Origin: Massalongia carnosa
Lineage: Eukaryota
Direction of reading: 5' to 3'
Assembly: GCA_965645245.1 (NCBI GenBank)
Contig: OZ287071.1
Location: 2,232,001 to 2,296,000 of the forward strand
Length of the DNA stretch: 64,000 bases
Shown here: positions 1-13,584 of the stretch, one piece after another
How the letters are laid out: every line of letters starts with the position of its first letter
How positions within the stretch are numbered: the first letter of the stretch is position 1
Notes under the pieces: model-generated
What the model was told of the DNA's origin: nothing
The model's input: only the letters and a program-made list of their open reading frames with translations
Database searches by the model: none
Translations under genes and position numbers: made by a program

Positions 1-148
1 AGTTGTAAGAGGAGTGTGGGTGAGCGTATGAGGGATGGAGTGGATGCATATTTGTTCTCCGCGGAGCTGAGAGGCTGTGGTCCTGGGATGTTGGCTACGG
101 GATTATGTTGAGGACGTTTCGTTATCGATGGAGGAGTCCGGAACGAAA

Positions 149-3100
149 TCACAAGAAGCCGGATTCGGATAGAAGCCTGTTGATAGGAGAAGTAGAAAAT
201 CAGCCACAAGATCGAGATGCTGGGTCAAACCCGGCTTGCGTTGTAGCCAAATACATGTTGCCATTCAATAAAAGGACTGCTATAAAACTCACAGCACCCA
301 GAAGAAAAGGATTTCCTTACCTTGTGATCTTCTCGTCTTCCCTTTCCCTAGGTTCCACTGATAGACTCTTGTCATACATTTCATGCACGTCGCCTGCAGC
401 TTGCATGTTGCTGAGGATGTAATCCTGAAGGTCCCTGACCGGTTTTAACGGGTACGGTACATTTTGATACTGCTGGATATCCCGTATCACCTCGGCGGTT
501 TTAGCTCGCTTGGCAAAATTGATGAGATTGGAGCGCTTGATCACGGAAGGAATGCCGTCCTCGATGAAAGTCAAATCGGTAAGGTACACTCCTAGCGTCA
601 CGTTAGGTGGAACCTCCTTGGATAAACATGCATGCAAGGCTTACCGAAGAAAGGGATGCAAGGGGGGTTGGCCAGACGAAGGGTTTCTCGATATTCCCAA
701 AAGTTCTTCGTACTACCCATGAGCCTTCGCATTTCCTTCAATAGGGTCATTGTTCGTGCGTTGACCTGTGCCCATGTTCGACCCAACCGGTGGATTGGAG
801 CCGTCCCGAGAGCCGAGATGATGGAGGTTAGGGTAGAAAAGTTGTTCATCGTTCGACATTTCTATATCTGTTAGTAACGCAAAGCGATGTCAATCTGGAC
901 ATTTAGCCTACATCTGCAACAGCCACAAAGTGTTTGATGACGATCACTCTCTTTTTGACGTCGGAATGGTTCAAAATCATCTCGGCAACCCAGTTCGTCA
1001 ATTGATTCGAATGCAGGATAAGGGCCTTGACATTCGCAGCCGGTTCTCTCTCATCCGACTTCACCTTTTTCTGCCAGGTTTTATTCAAACATTCGGTAGG
1101 TTTAATCTTGCCATATAGGCCGGATTCGATGATCGTCAGTTGCCTGGCAAATTCCGTGGCGTCGATGTTGAGAAACATAAGCTTCTTGAGGTTCTTGGGA
1201 ATGATTGGGGTGGGAATGGACGTGCTCGGGGTAGGAACCAGTCGCTTCGCGTTCGTGTCCTGGCCCTTGAGCCGTTGCTCTACCGCAGTCATCAAAGGGC
1301 CAGAACCAGGGGTGCTCGTCGTTGCGATCGAGTCCTTTGCAAAAGAGTACACGCGTCGAAGAAGTTCATCAGTCGCCTGGTCAGCGTTCTCCATCCAGTA
1401 ATGATCGAACCAGCTTTTTAGAATGTTGACAACCCTGAACCGGATCGGATTTTGCTTCTTGTCGACCCATGTTTTGAGGTCTTCGGCGGAAATGTTTCGC
1501 GGTGGCTGTACGCTGAACCGTTTGACCAACAGCTCGAAGAGCTCGGAAGCGGTGGTAAAGGACCTATACGTGAGAAGGAATGTGTTGTTGAACGGGGAAT
1601 CCAGTCTATCGTGCCTAGTCAGCTGCTCCACGAGAGCGGTCAGAGTGCCTCCGCGAAGCTGTGGTGGGTTAGCCTTCATATCGTAGGAGATTTCGCCTTC
1701 ATGATCAAGCCGGAGGAACGAAGGGGTTTCCTCGGCTTCACGGTTGGGCATCTTTCGCGCAGGGACTTCACCAAAGAAGCTCTGCACTTTGGAATTATCT
1801 CGGCGGTAATTGGCAGGATCTGCGCCCTCTGCAAAGGGTTGTGCATGCTCCAGACCCTGCAAGCGTTGCTCCTGTGACTGCGTCAACAGGCCAGGTAATG
1901 AGTTGGGGTAGGGTTCGCGATCATCCATCTGGTGGTGATTAGTGTCAAGCGGAGCACCTCTGAGCTGTTGCATGGTGGGCTCCGGTGGGATCATATCGTT
2001 CAGCAGCTGCAACGAGAAGCCAACTTGTGACGTGCCAGTCTCCAAATGCCTTACAATTGTTCGAACCTCGTTAAGTCGGTCCTCCAAAGAATCTCCCCTT
2101 GCCTCGGCCCATTCGTCACCTAGAGGTGCAGCTACCGTTTGGCACGCCACCACTAGATGCATTACCAAGTCATATAATCGCTGCTTCTGGGCGCTGAAGT
2201 CGATGATCTGCTGGTTTGGTAGTGAAGATACCAGGGGCTCAAGGTTGATCGACTCAATGGCGGACAGCCAAGGCCGTAGGAGCTCTACAATCTTTCCGGC
2301 CGCTGCGCAGATGGCGTTGCCGATTTGCTCGTGCCTGGCAGGGGTCACCAGTGTCTCCGTGATCCCAAGTTGCTCCTCCAGTCTGCGAATGCTAGCGACG
2401 ATCATGCGTTTCAAATTATCCATGCTTTCCAAGAGGTTGGCATCTAACTTCGTGTTGGGTTCTGCCAACGATTCATATTCGTCTTGTTCCATAAATGATG
2501 GGGACGACATCGGATCCCGTGTTCCTAGATTGTTGTTCTGCCAACTGCCTCCTGAGTTGCTTCCAAGCACAAAGCCAGGCACAAGCCGTGGTATTTCTTC
2601 ACCTCGCTGGGAGCGTGCGACCTCGACGTACCCGTAGACCCCATGTAAGACGCCTTCTGCTTCCTGCAAGCATTTAGAGTAGGAATCTGAAGCGTGCCAG
2701 TCTGCCGCTGCGATGTGGGAGGATAACACTAGTTTAGAGAACCGCGACATCATATCACGGAAGTGAGGATATAATGCCTTGTTCGTAGAGATAATTGAAG
2801 GATTGCCGGAATGGTTATCGGTGGTACCAGAGGCAGCGGCAAGGAGCATCCGGAGGTGGTCAGAGATATCTTCCGCCTTGCGAACATACTCCGATCGATC
2901 CGAGTTGTTGATGGCTTGTCTGTACGACTCGACCGACTTCCGCATGTTCTCGACAAGTTTGTTCCATGTCAGAGGAGCCGTGCGTCCATCATCGAAGAAC
3001 AATCGAGGGATAGCCGTGGCAGAGGCCTGACCGATGGGATTACTCGTGAAGAGGGGGGTGGTGGTGCTGATCGCCGTCATTGAGGCTGAGACTTGGTGCA

Positions 3101-4076
3101 CCGCGCTCATGGAGGGGTTTGAGAGGTCAAAGTCAGGCAGCTGAGTCCGGTGGCGCGTGCGTGGCGACGTGTCCAACGATTCCACGGATCCTGCCGGTGA
3201 AACCCCGTCCGAGATGTACGACCGCCGTCGTCTCGCCAAGGAACCTCGTTCGCCCTCCATTTCCGATGCCGAGCTACCATCTTCGTACTCATCTGCATTG
3301 CGCTCGTAGCCACGAGCCATCATTTCTGGGGGCGGTCGGGTTTGGTCCGGCACGTGAATGTTCATACGATCTCGTGGACCGGTCTCATTGGGCGATGTGG
3401 GTGTTTCCAACGGCAGCTCCATCGTTGACACTCCGGTAAGGGTGTTAAAATAGAACAATCGTCCGTCAGGCGTCGCTTGCGGAATCCAAAACGCTGCCTC
3501 CTCTTGTTCTCTGCTCTCTGCATCTCCGTTGGAATTTGGTGTCCCGTTGGACCTTGGAATGTCATTGACGTCCAGAGCGTCATCTTCTTCATCGTATTCA
3601 TCCTCGTTACCCGGGTCCCCCGCAACATCACCGTTGTGGAGCAACGGTTGCGTTCTTGGAAGAACATCATCCGGTCCCGATATCACAGCGCAGTAATTGC
3701 TGGGAAACCATCCTCGAACGTCATTTATAATCCCATCCCACCAACCGGTAGCCAGCTGGGTAATGACTTGTATCGTGTCTCCTTGTCGGAAGCTAAGACT
3801 CGCACGGTCATCGGCTTCATAGTCGTAGAGCGCACGCACATACATGCCCGCCGGCGGTGCTGTGGCTCCTAGCTGGCCGTTCATCCCACTAGGGTGCACT
3901 CGGTGTCTGGATGGCGAATTGTCCAACCTCGGCTGGACGCTTCGCGATGTGTCTCTGCTAACGCTCTTTCGCACCAGGGCTTCCTCGGTGTATTGAAATG
4001 TAGCCGCAGTGAAGACACCAATTGTATTGGATTTTGCATTTATCGTAAGAGGCGCAACGGTTTCCTTTGTGAACAT
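149..4076 (-). CDS. cdc25: Ras guanine-nucleotide exchange factor, Cdc25 family (SH3-WW-REM-RasGEF)
   Basis: SH3 (YVRALYDYEADDRASLSFRQGD...GWWDG...GWFPSNY), WW (FWIPQATPDGRLFYFNTLTG), REM (LRGGTLTALVEQLT...FLLTYRSFT) and CDC25 domain (EFARQLTIIE, NNFSTLTSIISAL, PPCIPFFGVYLTDLTFIEDG, INFAKR). Exons 4076-912, 861-645, 591-321, 176-149, ending RLLSESGFL*. The start is uncertain (ATG 4076 or 3884). Confidence 0.93.
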
Positions 4077-7000
4077 GTTGATCTACAGCGATCCGACAAC
4101 TTCGGAGTAGGTGGTGAGCTGTCGTACAGTCATTCGGACCAGATTTCGGAAATCAAATTCATTAAGAAAAGGGTTTGGAGAAAACCGGTTCGCAGTTGAT
4201 TTATAGCGCAGCTTCAATGCGATCGGTATAGGAGATTGATCGTGTCATAGGCTGCGGCTAGCTTTTGTAAGATTCGTCAGCCCCAGCTGTCGATCATGAT
4301 GGTTTGGCCTGGAAGAATCTCATTCGTTGGGAGGATGAGGCTGCTTACGGAAAATATTAGAATGGGGTGTCACTGTGCGAGCCCTGTTGCATGCGATTTG
4401 CGGATCAAGCGATAGGATCCTTATGATTCAAAGGGCGATAGACGTTGGAGGGTGAAGGGTGGAGGACGGGGGACGAAGGATAATGGACGATGGGCGATGG
4501 GCGATAGGCGATGGTAGAGGCGGGGAAACGATACTGTTCCGTTGGCCGTCTCCCTGTCGATAGCAACGAGAGACTGATAGACCCCTCAAGTTGACGGCGA
4601 TGATGGGTACAGTAGTGGGTGAGGGCACAAGGACACACGCGACGACTGTGAATGTTCGATGCTTCTCGGGATAGAGAAAGGGTGTAGTGGTACAAAGCTC
4701 GTATCTAGGGACTTGGGGCGAGGAAGTGGAAGGATAAAGTGAAAGATTTTAGTTGGTTCGGAGGATGGGAAGGATACGGAGGAACTTGCACTTCTCGCGT
4801 TGAAGCGGGCAGCGGCAGCTCAAGATAAGTTCAAGCCACGATTACATGGTACATATTCACCTCCTCTGGCTTTCATGTTGGTGTCAACCCGCGTGAATAT
4901 GGAGCACAGTTTGCTGAATTCTGGAAGGTTGAGTGTGTCATGATGCATCTATGGAGATATATGTAGGTATGTAGATATACATGGCATGCAAGGCAAAGTC
5001 AATTCTACCACCCATTCCCTCTCAAATCAGCGGACTTTCTTCTTTGTCTCGTCCCTGCTGCTATGATTTACTGTAGCATTTGAAACCACTTGTCTCCTAT
5101 TGTCCTAAAAGGTAAGGGTTCAACATTAATACCTCCTTGCGTGAGGGGAGATGATTATTCAGGGGCATCCTACTCTGCTGGCTGAAAGCACAGTCTATAC
5201 TCTCTGTCCGTTCCTTAGAAGCAGAACCCCTTGAATGGATCAGACCAACGTTTGATCGGTGGCCGTACTGGTAGTACGATGACCAAACTTTCTAAAAATC
5301 CTTCGTAAAGAGCTCACCATATAGCCGTGGAGAAGCTGCTCCGGTTTTCCAAATCTGCCGGGTGTAGCGCCAACCACAAGGCAAATCGAAAAGCAAAAGT
5401 GATACTCTAGAACCTGCCGGCATTGCGGCTGGTTAGCAAATAGTTCTCGGAGCGTGAAAACTCCAACCATGATGCAGACGAACGGGAAGGAAAAGGGTGG
5501 TGGATCAGCAACACAACTCAACCACGCAGTGTGGGTAGAGGATATTATGCATGAAATGGATGCCGGCTCCGCAACGGTCCTTTTCAATCACGTCTCAGGA
5601 CTCGAGTAATAGAATGATTGTGACATTGCAGCACGAGTTTGCGAGCTTACGGAATGATCGTGGCCGACAGGTGCAAGGGGTCTTAGCAGCAGTTTTCCTT
5701 TTTCTGTGGCTCTCCATTCATCAAGCGCTTGTTGAATCGGGGGTCGGACAAGTCAATGGTCGAGTCGAGACAGCAGCTGCAGTAAGTCTGCGTGCCTGCA
5801 TTCGCGGCGATGACTTGCTTTGCCCGCTTCGATCCATCTGTATGCATGCGAGATACCCCACAGGGCGAGCGTAGAGATCGATCAACTCCCTTGGATAGCG
5901 ATGGGGGTTTTTTTTCATCCTCCATGCACGCATCCGCCAGGCAGACCGGTAAGATATCTAGATGGAATTCTTTGATGAGACATGGGAGCAGCACATAAGG
6001 ATAGGTGACTGTTGGTATGACATCGACGCAGGGTCACCTCCAAGTCGTTGTGAAGCATATCAGTTATATACCTACCTACCTTCGGTGATTGATCAAACTG
6101 GTGATGTGTGCTTTCCCGACCAAGATCTTTGATTCTGCATTCCCTACTGTAGTTATCTACGCCGTACCTTTTGGACGAAAGCTTCTCGAAGCCATCTAGT
6201 GGTACTGATTCCCGACCGCAGGTCCAATGCTGCCCGACAGTCTGGTTACCGGATCAAGGGACCAGGACCCGTGGGGTATCCAAGTCATCAAGATTTCCGA
6301 GAGTGTTCATTGTTGACACGCATTGTGGGAGTAGAAGAGTGGAGTCGTTGCTGTGCGAAGACATTATGTATCTGTGCCTGTATCTGGATCTGTACTCTGT
6401 ACTGTATCTGGCATGATACAAATACTACACGAAACGTACATACAGAGTCCCGAAGTAGATGTTGTTTCCATTCGCTCCATGATCCTTCCATAATTCACCA
6501 CTTCGCCGCCAAAATCACCTCCAGCTAATCCCATTCCCAGTCAGTTTTTCGCCCGTGGAGCGGGGCGTGGCTTAGTACTGGTGTTTTCCCTCGCGCTTGG
6601 TCCTCAGTTTTCACAGCGCGCGTTTTTCATTGGTAGGGATGAGGGCTGCGGGAGGCGGAAGTCAAGCACCAAAAGAGTGTTGACCTGATCGGAAGCCTTG
6701 TGATAGGCAGGCCAACTCAACCCTCTTGCTTAGGTACTTGTACCCCTTCATCCACTCATGTTCGACTTTGATGGAGAACATAGTAAAGAGTACTCGGTAG
6801 TCGGTAGCTAAATCGACGTCCATACATCAGCCATAGCAAACCATTCTTCACTCTGGCAATGCACACTGTATCCTCGGACGCTCCGGAGTACAGAGGACAG
6901 AGTACTCGCTTCGTCAATCGGTCCTCGGTTCATCATATGAGATTCGACTACGCCGTACTTACCTTAACTAGCCGGGCTTGAACGGCGAGACCTGTTTGCT

Positions 7001-7799
7001 TGAGCTTCTCTGGTTTCGGTTTCTTCCATGATTGATGATTCCATTCCCCCGCGTCTCCCGGTTCAGATCGGCAACGCACCGACCAACCGCGCGGCCGTCC
7101 ATCCAAACCAAATGGTGCGTGTGCCCAGCGTGTCCGCCAAAACATCCAACCTCCCCTCTAGGCCACGCGACTGACAAGGTCCTTCCACGTCACGAGAAAT
7201 GATCTAAGCATGGGTGGTAGATTTGGTTCCGGGGAAGTCGGGTCTTCGTCCCCTGGACTCTTCCAGTCCTTCATCCTTCACCCCTTAACTGGATGATCAT
7301 TTCAGATCTGGAAGCCCCCTTATCCCCGATGCTCTGGATCATCGATCTCGGATTCCACCGCGAGCTGTGATGTACGGATACGTAGGATGGAAAGGAGAGG
7401 GACTCGGTCAGCTTATCGTCTTGCAAAAGCAAGCCAAGCCAAGCCATATTGTGGGAGCGCGGTGCAGGGTCGCTAGCCGTGTCTTTATCAGATCCCCGGA
7501 AGCAACAAACAGACACGACGCTTCGAAAGGGACAGATCTCACTTCCCAAAGAGGTCAAGCGGTATGGAATCGAGGGGCTGGCAAGAAATTACCGAGGGCT
7601 CGCTCATAAATACGTAATAGTACGGGCTTGGCGGATGATGAAAGATGGAAAAGCAGCGTCAACCCGAAGGTGATGATGTCGGTCCGTGTGGCTAAGCCCT
7701 GCATAAAATTCAAATAAAGAACAGGGCACTTGGTATCCCATGGTATCGGTATGTTATGAACCCCCTATAGTTGAGTATGGAGTAAGTTAACTTACAGAT

Positions 7800-7949
7800 T
7801 GCTCGGGAGGTATTGAGTATAACTACAGTAACGAGGTCCTTCAGACTGTGCCTTGGGCACACATTAGACATCATGCTCGGGAGGTATTGAGTATACAGTA
7901 ACGAGGTCCTTCAGACTGTGCCTTGGGCACACATTAGACATCATGCTCG
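7800..7949. repeat. Tandem duplication of a ~70-74 bp unit (2 copies plus 6 bp)
   Basis: TGCTCGGGAGGTATTGAGTATA(ACTA)CAGTAACGAGGTCCTTCAGACTGTGCCTTGGGCACACATTAGACATCA at 7800-7873 and 7874-7943. The copies are identical apart from a 4-bp indel. Confidence 0.92.
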
Positions 7950-8956
7950 TTGGCTTTACCGCTCTTTCGTCTTTCGATTTCTTCCATGACATGCGACAGG
8001 ATCTTCTTGGCCATTTACAGGCCGGCTTCTTGTCAGACCGACTTTGCGATCCGCTCTCCATCTGCCCTCATCGTCTTGATCCTGAAGTGCATGTGGCTGT
8101 TTCAAGACCTGGGTAGTCTTCATCTGGACCTCGATTGCCTCGAAGCAGGTTGCGATAAACAACGTTACATCATACAAAGACAACAAGTTTTGGTATCATG
8201 TTTTGTCTTTTGGTTTTGACTGGTTTGGTTTTGGTTTCGTACCGAGTAGTAATATTCGCATGGAAAGGGACTTTTTTCTTTTCTTTTCGAATAAGGCTGA
8301 AATGCATAAAACATTGCACATCTCCCGGCAAAACTTCTCGTATTTCTCCATAAAAAAAGTCAAAATGACTCGTTGAGCGGCGATTCGCGATTAAAGCAGC
8401 CACACGGGACCGTGACCGAATAAACCGAGTACAGAGTAATTTCAATAAACCTCCCAGTTTCGCTTGGCGCTAGAGAAATAAAATACACATGGCGGGGGGG
8501 GACCGTTCGGGTTGTGCGAAAAGCTGCCCCTTTTGTGAAGAGAATAATCTAGAGTAGCGACCCCTCCAAAGCTGATACTGACTTGGCACATTCCCCCCCG
8601 AGAAACATCATCGTTTCGGACGGCCGTTCTTCAATAACACCCTCACACGACCCCTCATCTCGAGAACTAACATCACCACGGCAGCAGAGTGACCGAGCAA
8701 GTGAAATAGACAAACTAGCCATTCATATGCCCCATTGATTACGCGAAAAAAAACCCACCTTAGTTGCCAACTTTGCACCCCCCCTCGAAAAAGAACACTG
8801 ACTCCCTTCTCATCGAGGCATGCACCAAGGGACCACGTTGGGCTCTCACTCAAGTCATCCGCAACCGTGTATCAGGAGGAGTCGATTTGCTTCGTCTGCG
8901 TCGAGTAAGTCATCAATGAGCATCGGGGGTTCTTTCATCCAGCTCCAGCCGTCATC

Positions 8957-11719
8957 ATGCCTGCCACCGCCTCTGCCACCGCATCCACTCCCAGCGCTGC
9001 AACGCCCACTCGAAAACCCGCAACGGTACCGGAGAAGAAGTACAAATGCCAGTTCTGTAACCGGGCATTCAGTAGGAGTGAACATCGCAGCAGACACGAG
9101 AGGTCGCGTAAGTTCTCCGTACATTAGTTCAGTTCACAGTGGGGTGGATGACCATGGTGGGGTCGTGATACTACCTCCTCCTCATCTATCTTCAATCCAT
9201 CCACCATCTCCCATCCCCACTGCCTCAACATCAAACGTCTCTCATTTGACCTATGCTAATGATGGATCGTGCGCAGATACGAAAGAGCGACCGTTCAAGT
9301 GTCTAAAGTGCCGGAGTACGTTCGTGCGCCGGGACCTGTTGTTGCGACATGATCGGACCGTGCATGCCAAAGATGGTGGGATTCCGCTCCACAGCGAGGT
9401 CAAGCGTCGGCCGGGCGTGCCCAAGACGTCGCCCAAAGCCGGTCCGTCCAAGCGATCCCTCGAGTTGGACACGGCGACGTTGGAACAAATAGAGGCAAGT
9501 AGCGATGGTATGGTTGATCTCGAGACTGCTGCGATGTTGATGACCGACCTTCATCACAAAGCTACTGCCGCCATGACAAACCAAGACGACGTGGTTGACG
9601 AGGCATCGACGCCCTATTCGCCTGATCATACCACCATGTTTGATAGCTCGGTGCCGTATCTTTCGAGCGCGTTGCCGCTGCCGCAGATGCCGTGGGATAC
9701 GTTCATGTCACAATCGGTAATTGAACCCAAAGCTCATTCCATCTCATCAAGCCTTTCTGGCTCGCAAGATTCTCAATTGTCACAGCTCTCCTTCACCAGC
9801 GCCAGCACCGTCCATCCTCATGCCAATCCTCTGCCGCCGATGATGGAGAGATACCCGTCCGCTGGCGACTCGTTGGCTCCGGCGCTGCAATCCCTGACCG
9901 GTTCGATGCCCATGTCGGGTCCCGGGACCCCCAACGGCTTGTCGCCGTACCCCTTCCTGACGGGACCCGTCTCGCCCGTGGATTATCGCCGATCGCCAGG
10001 CCCCAGCCAGGCCCTGACGTCGCCCAAAGCCCCTCAAATCCAATCGGACGAAGAGTATGATGCCATGCAAGAGAACATGAAGAAATGCGACCGTGAGGGA
10101 GCGACGCAAGTGAACTTTCATCTTCAAACCCGAGGCGATGTCAACGCGTGTCTCTCTGCCTACTTCAACCTCTTTCACCATCATCTGCCTTTTCTCCACC
10201 CCGAATCATTCAAGCTGGGCCAAGTGTCTCCTCCTCTCCTTCTGGCCGTTCTCTCCATCGGCGCGCTGTACACCTTCGACCAAGATAAAGCCTACGTGAT
10301 GCACATTGGCTCGAAGGTTCTCGTCAATCAGTTTTTGCAAAACAAAGAGAGCTTCAGCTCGCGAAAGTGCCCGTTGTGGACGATGCAAAGCACGCTGCTG
10401 AACATGATCTTTGCCAGCTGGAGCGGTGATCCCAAAGGCTTGGAATGGGCGTGCTCGATCAAGAGCCTTTTGACCAATGTGAGTGCTGCTGTTCCGATGT
10501 CGGCTGTACGGTCTAACGGTGCAATAGATGGTCGCTGGCAATCGGTACGAGTTGAAGCTCCGATCGGACGTTCGAGACGGGGCGCAGCCAAGGCAAGACG
10601 AATGGATCGAAGATGAAGGCTGCAGGCGGACATACTATGCTGTCTACATTTTTTTTGGTATGCTCACCTTGACCTATAACCACACGCCGGCGATTAGCTT
10701 CAACGAATTTGATTCCTTGGAGCTTCCATCGTCCGAGTCGCTATGGAACCTCGAGGTGTCAGACGAGGATTCATGGCGGGATAGTTGGACGGCCTCGACC
10801 ATCATCACGGTGAGAGAAGCGCACGATAGCCTGTTCCAGGAAGAACCCGTCCGGTACAGCGCCTTCGCAACTCGAGTCATGATCAATGCCTTGTTCCTCG
10901 AAGTGTGGTACCACAAGCGCAGCTTCGAGGCATTGCAGGATATTGTCACCGAGTATAAGCTTCGCCTCGCCCTTGAAACGTGGGAAAAGTCTCTCGAGTT
11001 ATGTGAGCCCGAGACGATTGTGGTTCAGTTAAGTGCACCCCACAAAGGCCATCCGTTGATCTTCAACGCCATGGCGGTGTATCGAAACACTCGCGCGCGT
11101 TTGGAAGTGGACCTGAAAGCGGTGCAAGAAGCCCTTCGGTATCATGACTCTTACGAGGTCGCGGCTGCAATGAGCGGCGCGAGGGACCGAGTCAAACGTT
11201 CGCCGGAGATGTTAAAGGTCATTCAGGAATGTTTCAACTGCATCGAGATTGTCGCGCTTCAGGGGATCAAATGGGTTGGCAGAACGTGCGCTACGAATTG
11301 GAGCGTGGAGCATCCCCTGAGCGGATTGGACCTTATGGTCATCCTCAGCCTGTGGCTCTACCGGTTGGAACACGACGAGGAACCTGCAAACGAGGAAGAA
11401 CTTGCCATGTACAACAAGGTCCGAAATCTTTTCGATGACGACTCGGTGGATGTCTACGGGTCGAAATTGAGCTCGACGGTCGCTCGGTTATGGGGCAGCA
11501 TGTTGGATGAGGTCGTCGTCTGGGGGTGAGCACTTTCCCTGGTCTTGCTCAAGCATATCGCTAATGGACCGTAGCATCACTAAGCTTATGGGCGAATCGT
11601 TCAAACTTCATTCGCAAGCTCTGGACGGCTATGAAGATGCCGTTGCGTCAGGGTCGAGTGCCACGACGCCGACAATGTCCTCGCAAGGCGTGGATCTTGA
11701 AATGGAAGCAGCATTCTAA
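8957..11719 (+). CDS. C2H2 zinc-finger transcription factor with fungal-specific TF domain
   Basis: Exon 1 (8957-9107) MPATAS...KKYKCQFCNRAFSRSEHRSRHERS splices to exon 2 (9277-10478) HTKERPFKCLKCRSTFVRRDLLLRHDRTVH, giving two C2H2 fingers. The Fungal_trans-like core is YFNLFHHHLPFLH...LLLAVLSIGALY and WIEDEGCRRTYYAVY. Exon 3 is 10528-11525 and exon 4 is 11575-11719. Confidence 0.9.
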
Positions 11720-12632
11720 TCTCGAATTGATCGTTGTTGTTTTTTTTCGCAAGCTTAACGACCTTTACGCCTCTCCTTCTGCTTTCATTGTCTTGAATAG
11801 AATCCGACCACCTTTTTGCACGAAAGTGGTCGCCATGCAACATCCATCCCGCCCCGCATATCCTTAGCAACGCATCCTATCGGCATTATCACTATTATCA
11901 CCATCATCACCACCATCTTCCTTCCAGCTCGCTCGCGCGTAGTCGGTTCTCGGAAACGGGCCGGTTCCTGCTCCATGACTGCTCTTTGGCGATATTTACA
12001 GAATCTAATATGTTGCTTTGAGAAAGATACCTTGTTCGCTATAAAAACCCGCCACCCTGGTATAGTTTGTTTCCTTCCTGTGTCGGGTTGTCGAAAATCA
12101 AGCGAGCGGGATCGGATGGAATGCGGTTTGTCTGCTTTTTGTAGCACTTTGTGGGTATCATTTGATTGTCCTTTGTGTGTATTTTCAACGGAGCAAGAAT
12201 GGGTAGAGCGGTGCGAGGCGATTCAGAGCCGTAGTTTATTGTGTGAGGTATGGGAGAATAGGCTGGGTAGGAAAGGCACGAGTTTGAGTTGGACAGGTTG
12301 GGGGCTACGGTGATGGATAGGTTGGCGGTGCACCAGTCTGAAAAGGCAGACAAAACTCTATAATTCGGGATTGAAATCCTAACGTCTCTCCTCGTTTGTC
12401 CTCCTAGTCTCTGAGAAAGTAGGGGGCAAGGATGCCCCCGGGAGCGCATCTACCTATCTTCATCCAAATACCATGAAAACCCCCTTCAATTCTCCACCAA
12501 TTCTTTTACTCCCTTCCCCTTCACGGCCCAACCTCAACGAAACCGGAAACATTACATGTGTTTATTTTTCAACCATAACAAGCCCCTTGGCACCCCAGAG
12601 CACGAGCAAGAAAGCCTTGGGTATGGATATAT

Positions 12633-12668
12633 CTAGCTAGCTAGCTAGGTAGGTAGCTAGGTAGGTGG
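12633..12668. repeat. (CTAG)n/(GTAG)n tetranucleotide microsatellite
   Basis: ctagctagctagctaggtaggtagctaggtaggtgg. Confidence 0.7.
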
Positions 12669-13496
12669 ATAAGCTAGGTATTTACGGAGATGTGTGGAGG
12701 ACAAAATGGGGAAGAAATGGGGAGAGGGGGGGGAAGAGAGGGAAAGAGAGAGGAAGATGAAAGAAATACACGATACATACAATAGGGAATATCCAAGAAA
12801 TACACAAAGAGCGAGAAAGCGAGAAAAAATAAACACAAAAGTTATTTCTAATAGCAATTCACGTCGTCGTCGTCTTCCCCTTGCTACATACCATATATAC
12901 ATACCAGTTCCTTTTCTTTCTCTTCCCTCTTCCACTTTCCTAACAGTTATTGGGGAAAGTTCCGAAATTCTCGTTGACGCAAATGGTTAATAAAACGAAA
13001 AAAAAGGGGGGAAGAATTCCAATGAACAAGTACATACATAAGCGATTATACATCCCTATCCCCCTATCCATCCTCCATATTCCCAGGCCCCACGAAGCCG
13101 CAATCCGTGAAAAACCATGAACCCACTAGACAAATCCTAGCCCTTCAATTTTTCGGTTTACTAAGATATCGGGAATCGGGAGTCGGGGGGGGGGGGGGTT
13201 AGATGGAGGGAATTACACCGAGATGAGATAAGTGGAATTAGGTTTTTTTTTTGAGGGGGGGGGGGGGGGGAGGTTTCTTGGTATGGAGTTGTTGAGTCAT
13301 GAAGACATCAAGGGGTTGAGTTGGTTGGTACCTGGAAGGGAGGCAGGTAGGCAGGTAGCTGGCTTTGAGGAGAGGTTTTCTTTCCAGTTTGTTGTAGCAC
13401 GCAAGAGCACATCCCGACTCTCAAATCAGCCGGGAAGGAAACCTTATCGATTTATCAGATAGACCCATGGACCTGCGTGGGAGAATTCAAAAGAAA

Positions 13497-13535
13497 ACTA
13501 CCTACCTACCTACCTACCTACATATCTACCTACCA
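13497..13535. repeat. (CTAC)n microsatellite
   Basis: actacctacctacctacctacctaca...ctacctacc just downstream of the GTPase A stop codon. Confidence 0.75.
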
Positions 13536-13584
13536 ACCTCCCTACCTCCCGAAGAACCCCCCCCTAGTTCGTTCGTTCGTTCGT

